This document shows, piece after piece, positions 43,638 to 53,500 of a stretch of 64,000 nt of DNA. Below the pieces are notes generated by a model. That model was not told the DNA's origin. It saw nothing but the letters and a program-made list of their open reading frames with translations, and did not search any database. The position numbers and the translations under genes are program-made. Origin of the DNA: an uncultured Pseudomonadota bacterium (GTDB lineage: Bacteria; Babelota; Babeliae; Babelales; RVW-14); contig CAZFHP010000001.1 of NCBI GenBank assembly GCA_964519365.1, forward strand, positions 3 through 64,002. The letters run 5' to 3'. The number at the start of each line of letters is the position of its first letter. The first letter of the stretch is position 1.

Positions 43638-45560
43638 TTAAACTGTCCAAAACAACAATCTCAAAAGCCTCCCCGCAAACCGATATATCTTTCTAAAAAT
43701 ACCAACGTTATATAGCTCTCGCTGCCTTAACGATTGTGCATGAAATGAAACATAATGATATCCCTGTTTTTTAAATACTTCTAAGCTTTCTAGATCATCA
43801 CTATTTTTCCACATCAAGTGTCGCATTTTTACGTTTTTATTTCGATCAAAAATAAAATTAAAATAAAGCTCATACTCAGACAAACCAGCATAAAGATATC
43901 TATGGTCTATCAGTTTAACAAGAGCAACCCAAGGTTCAAGCTTATGGGTATCCCGAATTGTTCGAAACAAATCTTCTAGCACACATCGCTGAAACAACAT
44001 ATGATGTGTAATCCCAGAGCATTGCTCATATACTTTTCTAAAGCCAGGAATAGCTCTTTTAGCATGCACAAAATATGGCCTATGATATTCTCTTCCCGTA
44101 TTAAAAAGAGCAGCGCCAGAAGACGCCTGAAATCGAACTTTATTCAAAAATATTGTATCAGCATCTAAAATTAAAACGTTTTGAGATATCCCTGGAATAA
44201 CAAATGGAGCATAAAACTTTAGCAGCTGCTGGTATATCCAGCCAACTCGTGATTTCTTATCACAAAGATACTGCTGCGCTTGCTCCAGATCGTCATTAAA
44301 CAAAACCCGTGCAACATCTTGTTTTGTAAATGGAAACTTCTTTTCGTCAAACCAAAAAGCTTTTTCCGAAAACTTTTCAGGAGAAACGACAAACACTTGC
44401 CTGATATTTTCGCCATTCTTTTTTATCCCATCTATAACTCGATCTAATATTCTTGTATCTTTTTTAATACACGGGATAACAACGTCTATAGGCTCATGTG
44501 AGAAATTATATTCACGTTTTTTTTCTTCTTGTGTTTGTTTATCTTGAATATGTTTCTTTTCTATTTTCGTTCGATCTTTTGATAAAAACTTAGTTAATTT
44601 CTTACAGTGAACATGCAAATTATTTATACGATACGTATTATCGTGAAACACAAGATATGGAACTCGCCGGCCTAAAGCATCTATTTTAAATGCATACTTA
44701 AAACGTGCTGGATTAAATAAGCAACTCTCGTTAATAAAACCCGGAACTGGATTCGGACAATTTGTCCCACCTAAATACTGCCCAAGAGCCGCCGCATCAA
44801 AAAGAGATTTAAACTTATCTATGTGAGCAGAATAAGCCTCAGGGCCTTGTGTTTTAAGCCCCGTTGCGCTTTTAAGCAAATACGCTTTGTGATACGCCGC
44901 TGGCACAATTGGCAGCGTTTTTATAAGCTCAGGATATCTTTTTTTATACAAACCTAAAACATGCATATCACTTAAGCGAGACATTATGTTTTTTGCAAAA
45001 AAATCAGCCAAATGCGCCATCGTCTCTTTGTTTGCGACATACACAAAGCCAGGGATACAACGCATATCGTTATCAAACGTTGCGGCAATCCCGGAATAAT
45101 TCTGTTTAAAAACAGAAAGTAATTCGTTTAAATCAAAAAACAAAAGATTGTCGTTCTCTAAATGAAAAACATCTTGAACATCATATTGCAGCATAAAGTC
45201 ATGCAAATACAAAAAGCGCTCAATAGCACAAGCCCCCAACACTCTTCTGTCTCTTTTATCAAGCTTTAAATTTCTTAAAAACAACACGTGTTGCTCTGAG
45301 GGTTTAAGCATTTGCGTAAGAATAACATGCGCATATTCGTGTAAATTATGCGGTTTTTGTAACGCATTATTGTCTGCTATAACATAGATGTCTGTATTGG
45401 GGTTAAACAAACGGGCTTGCCAAACAGCGTCCTCAAGATACGCTGGAAGCGTATCTCCTAAGTGCACAAAAACAAGAACCTGAGCCTGAACAAGCGTAGG
45501 CAAAAGCATAAAGCATAAAATAACTATTCTTTTGAATAAATTTGTTTTGGCGCCCAACAC
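43638..45560 (-). CDS. two-domain putative glycosyltransferase with signal peptide
   Basis: N-terminal signal ILCFMLLPTLVQAQV. The N-terminal domain has IERFLYLHDF...VFHLENDNLLF (GT-A DXD-like). The C-terminal ~300 aa is paralogous to ORF 47126..48106 (EPIDVVIPCIK...GWIYQQLLK.YAPFVIPGIS.NVLI.DADTIFLN). Confidence 0.45.
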   Translation of the reverse strand: MLGAKTNLFKRIVILCFMLLPTLVQAQVLVFVHLGDTLPAYLEDAVWQARLFNPNTDIYVIADNNALQKPHNLHEYAHVILTQMLKPSEQHVLFLRNLKLDKRDRRVLGACAIERFLYLHDFMLQYDVQDVFHLENDNLLFFDLNELLSVFKQNYSGIAATFDNDMRCIPGFVYVANKETMAHLADFFAKNIMSRLSDMHVLGLYKKRYPELIKTLPIVPAAYHKAYLLKSATGLKTQGPEAYSAHIDKFKSLFDAAALGQYLGGTNCPNPVPGFINESCLFNPARFKYAFKIDALGRRVPYLVFHDNTYRINNLHVHCKKLTKFLSKDRTKIEKKHIQDKQTQEEKKREYNFSHEPIDVVIPCIKKDTRILDRVIDGIKKNGENIRQVFVVSPEKFSEKAFWFDEKKFPFTKQDVARVLFNDDLEQAQQYLCDKKSRVGWIYQQLLKFYAPFVIPGISQNVLILDADTIFLNKVRFQASSGAALFNTGREYHRPYFVHAKRAIPGFRKVYEQCSGITHHMLFQRCVLEDLFRTIRDTHKLEPWVALVKLIDHRYLYAGLSEYELYFNFIFDRNKNVKMRHLMWKNSDDLESLEVFKKQGYHYVSFHAQSLRQRELYNVGIFRKIYRFAGRLLRLLFWTV

Positions 45561-45570
45561 AGTTTTAATC

Positions 45571-46497
45571 CTATTTATTGTTTGTTACAGCGTCTATTTG
45601 CTTTTCTTTAATTAAATTCAGCCAATAGCCTGCAAATATTCTTTCTTCTTTAAATGCTTGCGTTTGAATTTCTTCATACTTTTTTTCTAAAAACGCTTCT
45701 GTCACTTCTGACCAATCGTTTACCAAAACTACTGGCATCCCTTCATACATAGGGTCTAATATCGAATGTTTTAAAACAGGAATAGCACCCATGAGTAACA
45801 CTTCCCATGTTCTATGACAGTCAATCCCGTTTCCTCGAGGACAAATAACAAAACGCGCATAAATCAGCTCTTCTAAATATTCTTTGTGAGGCTTGCGAGC
45901 AGCTTTTATGCACCAAGGTTTATCCGCAAAAAACTTTTCAACAACTTTTCGTTCCGGATGCGTTTTTAAAACATTAAGATACGCTAACCATGGTCGCTCT
46001 TTATTTTCCCGATTTTGAACCACATGATCAAAATTCTTAACGCTACCCCACGGCCAATACTGATTTGCTACTCCTATTGGTATTGGAACAAACTTTGGAT
46101 GAACCCGATCACAATTTTGCCCGAACCAGGCAATAAGTTTATCGTCATCTAAATACTTAAAAGAAGCTCCTGGCGCAGCCATATCACCATTATGCGATAT
46201 AAGAATATAGCGATTTGTAATATACGGGTGAACTTCTTTGAAAAAAAACGGAACAAAGTCTACTTTAACAAAAATAGCATCCCCTTCTTTTATAGCATCC
46301 GTATCAAGCGGCATCCGTTTTTCATCAAAAATAAAATCTGCGGCTGCACGAAACGTATCGCCAGAAATATAAGGGGCACTTGAAGATCGCAAGCCCGTCA
46401 TTGATTGTCTACTCTCTTGTCTTTTGGGTGGATAAAAAACTTTTGCCGAAAGACTCCCCACCAAAAGAAAGCTCAATACGCACACAAAATACTTCAT
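45571..46497 (-). CDS. exostosin (GT47)-like glycosyltransferase with signal peptide
   Basis: The C-terminal motif YARFVICPRGNGIDCHRTWEVLLMGAIPVL matches the exostosin-family pattern (F.L.P.G....S.R..EAL..G.IPV). N-terminal part is MKYFVCVLSFLLVGSLSA. Confidence 0.55.
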   Translation of the reverse strand: MKYFVCVLSFLLVGSLSAKVFYPPKRQESRQSMTGLRSSSAPYISGDTFRAAADFIFDEKRMPLDTDAIKEGDAIFVKVDFVPFFFKEVHPYITNRYILISHNGDMAAPGASFKYLDDDKLIAWFGQNCDRVHPKFVPIPIGVANQYWPWGSVKNFDHVVQNRENKERPWLAYLNVLKTHPERKVVEKFFADKPWCIKAARKPHKEYLEELIYARFVICPRGNGIDCHRTWEVLLMGAIPVLKHSILDPMYEGMPVVLVNDWSEVTEAFLEKKYEEIQTQAFKEERIFAGYWLNLIKEKQIDAVTNNK

Positions 46498-46527
46498 GAT
46501 CTTCTACCTTCTTATTTAACCATCTTC

Positions 46528-47115
46528 TTATTTAACCATCGCAACCATAATATTGTCTTTATACTCAGCCTGATCACCACCATCTACATAGGTAATCGTA
46601 TAATCTGTGTTAATTTCTAAAACTTTTGCTTTTATTTGCTCTTTCGTCAAGTAATCAAATAAAACAGTCCCACAACAATGCATGTCGTCTATCAAAATCG
46701 TATGCGTTTTTATCGGATGCTTCTTTATCTGTTCTAACTCTGCTAACAATGGCGTATTATTACCATGCTCTTGAGGCATGCCAGCATGCCCATCAAGCCA
46801 AAATGTTATCGGCTTATCAATCTCTTTAATAACGTCCCAAAGGATAATTCCAGAGTCCCCTTGCCAAATACGTACGTTATCATAATTTCGAAACATCTTT
46901 CGCGCATTGTTTACAAAATCATCTAGAATCTCAACAGAATGAATATCTGCAAAGCCAGCCCTTAAAGCAAATAAAATTCCATTACCTTTTTGCGTTCCAG
47001 TTTCAACAAAAACATCGTTCAAAAATCGTTCAAATCCTTCTGGAGCCATATTTGAATGCAACAATGAAAAAAACATTAAAGCAAACACTAAAAAAAATTT
47101 TCTTGTTTTCAACAC
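46528..47115 (-). CDS. putative SAM-dependent methyltransferase-like protein with signal peptide
   Basis: FVETGTQKGNGILFALRAGFADIHSVEI...FWLDGH...TILIDDMH resembles small class I MTase-fold proteins found in LPS loci. N-terminal part is FFLVFALMFFSLL. Confidence 0.4.
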   Translation of the reverse strand: MLKTRKFFLVFALMFFSLLHSNMAPEGFERFLNDVFVETGTQKGNGILFALRAGFADIHSVEILDDFVNNARKMFRNYDNVRIWQGDSGIILWDVIKEIDKPITFWLDGHAGMPQEHGNNTPLLAELEQIKKHPIKTHTILIDDMHCCGTVLFDYLTKEQIKAKVLEINTDYTITYVDGGDQAEYKDNIMVAMVK

Positions 47116-47125
47116 TTTATCTCTC

Positions 47126-48106
47126 CTATTTGTTTACACCAATAATACCCGCTAATAAAGATCTCCCCTGTCTTGCTAAAAATCTATATAATCGCTTGAC
47201 AAATCGTTGATCTTGTCGCCATTTTCGCCCTCTCAAATAGTGATGAAAAGAAACATAATGACACCCTTGTTTTTTGAACGTCTGCAAACTATCCAAATCA
47301 CCACTATTATCCCACTTTAAATGCCTAATCTTAACGTTACTATTTCGCTCAAAAACAAAATTAAAATATATTTCATATTCAGAAAGAGCAGACCCCCAAA
47401 GCTGTTGTTTGTCGATCTGTTGCACAAGAGCAACCCAGGGTTCAACGTTATGAAGGTTTCTAATCTCGTTAAATAAATCTTCTAAAACACTCCGCTGAAA
47501 TAGCATGTGATGGGCAATCCCTGAATGCTGAGAATATACCCTTCTAAAACCAGGAATAAGTTTTTTTGCATGCTCAAAATATGGCTTATGATGCTCTGTT
47601 CCTGGGTTAAAAAAAGCAGCACCTGAAGACGTCTGAAATCGAACTGGGTTTAAAAATATTGTATCAGCATCTACAATTAAAACATTTTCTGATATTCCTG
47701 GTATAACAAATGGAGCATATAATTTTAACAATTGCTGATATATCCAACCGATTCTTGTTTTCTTATGATTTATGTATTTGTTTGCTTGCTCGCTATCCCC
47801 ATCAAATATGGCATTTGCGACACTTGCTTTTGTAAATGGAAATATAGCTTCATCAATCCATAGAGCATTTTTAGTAAATGGCTCAGAAGAAACAATAAAA
47901 ACATTTCTAATATTGTGTCCATTTTCCCGAATTCCGGCAATCGCAAGGTCAAGCGTACTCATATCACTTTTTATACAAGGAATAACAACATCAATCGGCT
48001 CTAAAGAAAAGTTATACTTTTTTTTAGACGTATCTATTTTAAAAAATAAAATAACACCAATAAAACTAGCTATTGCAAGAATACATAACAAATACTTCCA
48101 TGACAT
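47126..48106 (-). CDS. N-terminally anchored putative glycosyltransferase (paralog of the C-terminal domain of 43638..45560)
   Basis: TM helix YLLCILAIASFIGVILFF, then EPIDVVIPCIKSD...GWIYQQLLKLYAPFVIPGISENVLIVDADTIFLN. Confidence 0.45.
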   Translation of the reverse strand: MSWKYLLCILAIASFIGVILFFKIDTSKKKYNFSLEPIDVVIPCIKSDMSTLDLAIAGIRENGHNIRNVFIVSSEPFTKNALWIDEAIFPFTKASVANAIFDGDSEQANKYINHKKTRIGWIYQQLLKLYAPFVIPGISENVLIVDADTIFLNPVRFQTSSGAAFFNPGTEHHKPYFEHAKKLIPGFRRVYSQHSGIAHHMLFQRSVLEDLFNEIRNLHNVEPWVALVQQIDKQQLWGSALSEYEIYFNFVFERNSNVKIRHLKWDNSGDLDSLQTFKKQGCHYVSFHHYLRGRKWRQDQRFVKRLYRFLARQGRSLLAGIIGVNK

Positions 48107-49221
48107 TACGCATCTACCTTTTTCTTTGCGCTAACACGCTCTTTAGACAAAAACTTTTTTAAGTTCTTCGAATGATACCATTGATAAGTTTTTTCTATCC
48201 CTTCTTGTAAAGAAATAAATTTTGATAAACCCATATCTCTAAGCCGCGAAATATCAAGCAGTTTTTTCGGAGTTCCATCGGGTTTTGAACTGTCATAACA
48301 AATCTCGCCATCAAACCCAACGATATTTTTTATGAGACCTGCAAGATCACGAATCGTAATATCTGTACCTATGCCAATATTAATAAACTCTCCAAGCTCG
48401 TTTGCATTATAATTTTTCATGAGAAAGAACAGCGTTTGAGCGAGGTCGTCGACATATAAAAATTCTCGATACGGTGTACCTGAGCCCCAAAGCGTGATAC
48501 TTTTTTTTGTTATCCCAATTTTTTCAAGCACCGAAGCAAGTGCTTTTGTGTCGTTTTTTTCAAGAATCTTATCTAGTGCATGCCCAACGGGATAACGAGT
48601 TAAATCACACATAATCGCGTCAAAGCTTTCTTCCCGAAGTAATTTTGCTAAGTAAAATTTTCGAATTAAAGCAGGTAAAACATGTGCCGTTTCAAGATTA
48701 AAATTATCGCCCGGGCCGTAAAGATTTGTTGGCATGACAGACATAAAATTCGTTTGATATTGCTCGTTATAATAACTACACAACTTAATTGCTGCTATTT
48801 TTGCAAGCGCATACGGCTCATTTGTTGGCTCAAGAAGGCCTGTGAGTAAGTATTCTTCTTTTAACGGCTGAGGGGCTAACTTAGGATAAATACATGAAGA
48901 CCCAAGATTAAGAAGCTTTTTGACGCCAAATTTATATGCAGCATGAATAATATTCGTAGCAATCATAAGATTGTCATAAATAAACTCTGCTTTATACGTG
49001 TTATTTGCAAGAATCCCGCCAACTTTTGCTGCCGCTAAAAAAACATATTCTGGCTGCTCTTGTTTAAAAAAATTTTCGACAGCTGCTTGATTTCGCAAGT
49101 CGAGCTCTGAAAACGTTCGCGTGATTATATTCGTATATCCAGCCCTTTTTAGCATGCGCATAATAGCTGAACCAACAAGCCCCGCATGTCCCGCTACATA
49201 TATTTTTGAAGACGTTTTCAT
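48106..49221 (-). CDS. fcl: GDP-L-fucose synthase (GDP-4-keto-6-deoxy-D-mannose 3,5-epimerase/4-reductase)
   Basis: IYVAGHAGLVGSAI.R.L...FLAAAKVGGI.AN...AEFIYDNL.I..N.I.AA...GVKKLLNLGSSCIYPK...EPTNEPYA.AK...WGSGTPYREFLYVDDLA. Confidence 0.85.
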   Translation of the reverse strand: MKTSSKIYVAGHAGLVGSAIMRMLKRAGYTNIITRTFSELDLRNQAAVENFFKQEQPEYVFLAAAKVGGILANNTYKAEFIYDNLMIATNIIHAAYKFGVKKLLNLGSSCIYPKLAPQPLKEEYLLTGLLEPTNEPYALAKIAAIKLCSYYNEQYQTNFMSVMPTNLYGPGDNFNLETAHVLPALIRKFYLAKLLREESFDAIMCDLTRYPVGHALDKILEKNDTKALASVLEKIGITKKSITLWGSGTPYREFLYVDDLAQTLFFLMKNYNANELGEFINIGIGTDITIRDLAGLIKNIVGFDGEICYDSSKPDGTPKKLLDISRLRDMGLSKFISLQEGIEKTYQWYHSKNLKKFLSKERVSAKKKVDA

Positions 49222-49236
49222 AACACTCTCTTTATA

Positions 49237-50454
49237 TTACTCACCCATAATATCATGCTGTGCATAGGTAAAATTCTTGTCTTTGCAAACTTTTATTCCA
49301 TCACCGATAGGCTTCATACTATGAAGCTTAAAGTCATAGTCGACCATGATTTTTACAAGCTCATCAAACGTAACTCGCGGCTGCCATGATAATTCTTCCT
49401 GTGCTTTACGTATATCTGCTTGTAAAAACGCTACTTCTGTGGGCCTAAAATATTTTGGATTAATTCCAACCAACGTTTGCCCAACACGGATTAGGTGCTC
49501 CCATCTATCGCTTATTTTTTTTACGACGCCTCGCTCGTTTACCCCTGCTCCTATCCATTCTAATTCAACGCCAACATATGCAAATGCTTTATCAACAAAT
49601 TCACGAACCGTATGGCTTTCTCCCGTTCCTACGACATAATCTCGAGGCGTATCTTGCTGCAGCATAAGCCACATCATTTCAACATATTCTGGTGCGAAAC
49701 CCCAATCACGTCTTGCATCTAAATTACCCAAGTATAATTTTTTTTGTTTGCCCGATAAAATCGCAGCAACCGCTCGTGTAATTTTCCGCGTTACAAACGT
49801 TGGACCACGTCTAGGGCTCTCGTGATTAAATAAAATCCCGTTACATGCAAAAATATCATACGACTCTCGATAATTAATCGTTAGCCAGTAGGCATATAAT
49901 TTTGCAACAGCATACGGACTACGGGGATAAAACGACGTTTGTTCGTTTTGTGGGGCCGGAGAAGAACCAAAGAGTTCAGAAGTAGATGCTTGATATAGTT
50001 TCGTTTTAATCCCGCTACGTTTTATTGCATCAAGCAAACGCGTCACGCCAATGCCTGTTACATTTGCAGTATACTCAGGCATATCAAAAGAAACTTTAAC
50101 ATGCGACTGAGCCCCTAAGTTATAAATCTCGTCTGGTTTTATGTTCCAGATAATATCACTTAAGATCCCAGGGTCAGACAAATCTCCATAATGCAAAAAT
50201 AATTTTGTTTCTTGCTCTAGAGGATCTATATAAAGATGGTCGATGCGTTTGGTATTAAAAGACGAACTACGACGAATAACCCCATGAACTTCATATCCCT
50301 TAGACAAAAGAAACTCTGCGAGGTAAGAACCATCTTGCCCTGTTATTCCCGTAATCAAAGCTTTCTTAGAAATAATATTTTTAGCAGAAACAAAACCAAA
50401 AAAAATAATTATCCCAAAAAGAGCATATCGTGCTATACGAACTATTTTAATCAT
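49237..50454 (-). CDS. gmd: GDP-mannose 4,6-dehydratase with an extra N-terminal hydrophobic segment
   Basis: [42 protein letters not shown]... is preceded by [31 protein letters not shown], which the neighbouring copy lacks. Confidence 0.85.
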   Translation of the reverse strand: MIKIVRIARYALFGIIIFFGFVSAKNIISKKALITGITGQDGSYLAEFLLSKGYEVHGVIRRSSSFNTKRIDHLYIDPLEQETKLFLHYGDLSDPGILSDIIWNIKPDEIYNLGAQSHVKVSFDMPEYTANVTGIGVTRLLDAIKRSGIKTKLYQASTSELFGSSPAPQNEQTSFYPRSPYAVAKLYAYWLTINYRESYDIFACNGILFNHESPRRGPTFVTRKITRAVAAILSGKQKKLYLGNLDARRDWGFAPEYVEMMWLMLQQDTPRDYVVGTGESHTVREFVDKAFAYVGVELEWIGAGVNERGVVKKISDRWEHLIRVGQTLVGINPKYFRPTEVAFLQADIRKAQEELSWQPRVTFDELVKIMVDYDFKLHSMKPIGDGIKVCKDKNFTYAQHDIMGE

Positions 50455-50473
50455 CTTTAATCATCACTTTCTC

Positions 50474-51607
50474 TTAACGAAACTGGGCAACATTATGATC
50501 TGTATACGTAAAGTTTTTGTTCTTACAAACGTTTATCCCATGACCAATAGGTTTTATGTTAGAAAATTTAAGATCATAATCGACCATTATTTTTACAAGT
50601 TCATCAAATGTAACGCGTGGCTGCCACTGTAATTCTTTTTGCGCTTTGCTTATATCTGCATGCAAGTGTTCTACTTCTGTTGGTCTAAAATATTTTGGAT
50701 CAACAGAAACAAGTGTTTGCCCGACGGTTACAATATTTGCCCACGTATTATTTATACTTTTCACGACACCATATTCATTTACACCCGTACCTACCCACTC
50801 AAGCTCTAAACCCGTATATGCAAATGCTTTATCAACAAATTCACGAACCGCATGACTTTCTCCCGTTCCAACAGCATAATCTCGAGCACTGTCATGCTGT
50901 AACATAAGCCACATCATTTCAACATACTCTGGGGCAAAACCCCAATCTCGCTTGGCATTTAAATTCCCCAAATATAACTTCTCTTGTTTGCCGGACAAAA
51001 TTGCAGCGACAGCTCGTGTAATTTTTCTGGTTACAAACGTTGCACCCCGTCTCGGGCTTTCATGATTAAACAAAATCCCGTTACATGCAAAAAGATCATA
51101 CGATTCACGATAATTAACGGTCATCCAGTAGGCATATAACTTTGCTGCAGCATAGGGGCTACGTGGATAAAACGGCGTTTGTTCGTTTTGCGGCGCAGGC
51201 GAAGAACCATAGAGCTCTGACGACGATGCCTGGTAAAACTTCGTTTTAATCCCACTACGCTTAATAGCATCAAGCAAACGAGTCACACCAATGCCCGTTA
51301 CGTTTCCTGTATATTCAGGCATATCAAAAGAAACTTTGACATGCGACTGGGCTCCTAAGTTATAAATCTCATCTGGTTTTATGTTCCAGATAATATCACT
51401 TAAGATCCCAGGATCCGACAAATCGCCGTAATGCAAAAATAATTTTGTTTTTTGTTCTAGTGGGTCAATATATAAGTGATCAATGCGCTGGGTATTAAAA
51501 GACGAGCTTCGACGAATTATTCCGTGAACCTCATATCCCTTGGACAAAAGAAACTCAGCAAGATACGATCCATCTTGTCCTGTTATTCCTGTGATTAATG
51601 CTTTCAT
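50474..51607 (-). CDS. gmd: GDP-mannose 4,6-dehydratase (second tandem copy)
   Basis: [21 protein letters not shown].... High identity to 49237..50454 across the whole enzyme. The track ORF extends to 51628. Confidence 0.9.
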   Translation of the reverse strand: MKALITGITGQDGSYLAEFLLSKGYEVHGIIRRSSSFNTQRIDHLYIDPLEQKTKLFLHYGDLSDPGILSDIIWNIKPDEIYNLGAQSHVKVSFDMPEYTGNVTGIGVTRLLDAIKRSGIKTKFYQASSSELYGSSPAPQNEQTPFYPRSPYAAAKLYAYWMTVNYRESYDLFACNGILFNHESPRRGATFVTRKITRAVAAILSGKQEKLYLGNLNAKRDWGFAPEYVEMMWLMLQHDSARDYAVGTGESHAVREFVDKAFAYTGLELEWVGTGVNEYGVVKSINNTWANIVTVGQTLVSVDPKYFRPTEVEHLHADISKAQKELQWQPRVTFDELVKIMVDYDLKFSNIKPIGHGINVCKNKNFTYTDHNVAQFR

Positions 51608-51640
51608 CTTTCCCCTTTGTGTTATCAAAAATCTTGTTGA

Positions 51641-53386
51641 TCATATCGCAATATTTTGGGCTTGTCTATTTCTACAATGGCTCACCGAAACATCGATTGT
51701 AAAGCCATCTTCTATCTTGTATACTCTGTCACAACGCTCTATTGTCGTAAGCCTGTGAGCAATCACAATAAGCGTTTTATCTTGACTCACATCATAAATT
51801 TCATCCATGATTTTACTTTCTGTCTCATTGTCAAGCGCAGACGTTGCCTCGTCAAGCACAAGAACATCAGGATCCGCATAAAGCGCCCGCGCGATAGCAA
51901 CACGCTGTTTGTGCCCCCCACTAAGCTTACTTCCCCCCTCGCCCGTTTTTGTTTCCAAACCATCTTTAGACATAAGAAAATCATAAATATGCGCTTTCTT
52001 TAAAGCCATAATAACTTTTTCTTCATCATATTCACGCCCACAAACAATATTTTCAGCAATTGTCCCATCAAATAAATAAATTGTTTGCGGAATATACCCA
52101 ATTTTTCGTCGCCATGATTTTAGGTTTTGCATTGTAAGAAGCTGTTTGTCTATAAAAATTTGGCCTTTTTGTGGATGAAACAACCCCATAACAATATCTA
52201 CTATTGTGCTTTTGCCAGCACCACTTTCTCCGACAAAACCAACTCGTTGCCCTTTGGGAATAACAAGATTTGCATTAGACAAGACGCTATCTTTTTCTGT
52301 ATAAGCAAACGCTATATTTTTTAATTCTATCGTCTTGTCAAATATAATATGATCGTTACCAAGCTGCTCATAATCATGAAGCAAAAACTTATAAAGCGGC
52401 TGCAGAGCATGTTTATTAAACATAATCTGATTATATCCCATGACCATTTTATTAAGCGACGGCATAAAACGATAAAATGCTAACGCGTACATAGAAACTG
52501 TCGGCAAAACAAACGACGCATTGTTATACATAAAAACAACATAGACTATTATGCTCAACAAGATAAAAAAACCTATTGTTTCAAGAACATATCTAGGCAA
52601 CGCCTGCCAAACTGCGTTTACTGTATTTGCTTGAGCTAAACCAAAACGCGCAGATGCATAACGATCAAAAATCGGCTTTGGGTTGGCAACTAGCTTTAAG
52701 AACTTATAATTTCCAAACGACTCCCCATACGTTTTGCCTGCGCGCAATGAAAATTTTTGACGACGTTTGCCAGCCCGAGCAATACGATTAGAAAAGGTCT
52801 TAACGACAAAAAATACTTTTATTGAAAGCAAAAATGACAACACTATGGTCATCTTCCAGTTGACATAAAAAAGCATACAATAGATACATAGAACAGTAAA
52901 AAGCTCCGAAAAAATAGTTAATAGTGCTGATATAACTTGAGTTGCATTTGTTGTATATCCAGAAATTGCTTCACTTATTTTAGCAGAATTTTTTTGAACA
53001 AGGTCTTTATACTTAAATTCTAAATAAATTTTAAAAAGACGTCTTGAAAAAAAATACTCACGCATATAAGCAAACTTATTCATGTAATAAATATGAACCG
53101 TACATAAAATGGCTCTAAAAAAATAAAATACTATAAGTCCAAGCCCCATAAGTACAACAAAATCACTCGGTTTAGCAAAGCCTAGTTTATAATAGAGAGA
53201 GCCTAAGTACTTATTTCTAAGAACGGCTTCAAAATTTGTTGCAATACCAATAAAGACCATAATTGCAGAAATACTCACCGTTTCTATCGCTGAAACAATA
53301 ACCGATGCAAGCAAAAGAATCAGTATTCTTTTTTTATCTTGACGATTAAAAAGTCTTCTGAGCAACGCAACGAGTGATAATTCCAT
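51641..53386 (-). CDS. ABC transporter, fused permease/ATP-binding protein (MsbA/PglK-type exporter)
   Basis: Six N-terminal TM segments. Walker A GESGAGKST, signature LSGGHKQRVAIARAL, Walker B VLVLDEATSALD. Confidence 0.85.
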   Translation of the reverse strand: MELSLVALLRRLFNRQDKKRILILLLASVIVSAIETVSISAIMVFIGIATNFEAVLRNKYLGSLYYKLGFAKPSDFVVLMGLGLIVFYFFRAILCTVHIYYMNKFAYMREYFFSRRLFKIYLEFKYKDLVQKNSAKISEAISGYTTNATQVISALLTIFSELFTVLCIYCMLFYVNWKMTIVLSFLLSIKVFFVVKTFSNRIARAGKRRQKFSLRAGKTYGESFGNYKFLKLVANPKPIFDRYASARFGLAQANTVNAVWQALPRYVLETIGFFILLSIIVYVVFMYNNASFVLPTVSMYALAFYRFMPSLNKMVMGYNQIMFNKHALQPLYKFLLHDYEQLGNDHIIFDKTIELKNIAFAYTEKDSVLSNANLVIPKGQRVGFVGESGAGKSTIVDIVMGLFHPQKGQIFIDKQLLTMQNLKSWRRKIGYIPQTIYLFDGTIAENIVCGREYDEEKVIMALKKAHIYDFLMSKDGLETKTGEGGSKLSGGHKQRVAIARALYADPDVLVLDEATSALDNETESKIMDEIYDVSQDKTLIVIAHRLTTIERCDRVYKIEDGFTIDVSVSHCRNRQAQNIAI

Positions 53387-53500
53387 AAACTATTTTCTCC
53401 TTTTCAAAATAGTTATTTTCGCTATGCTAGTTTTAAAATTATTAGGAGCATAACGTGAACTTGCAATAGTTGCAAAAAATAATCCTGAAAGAGAGAGGCT

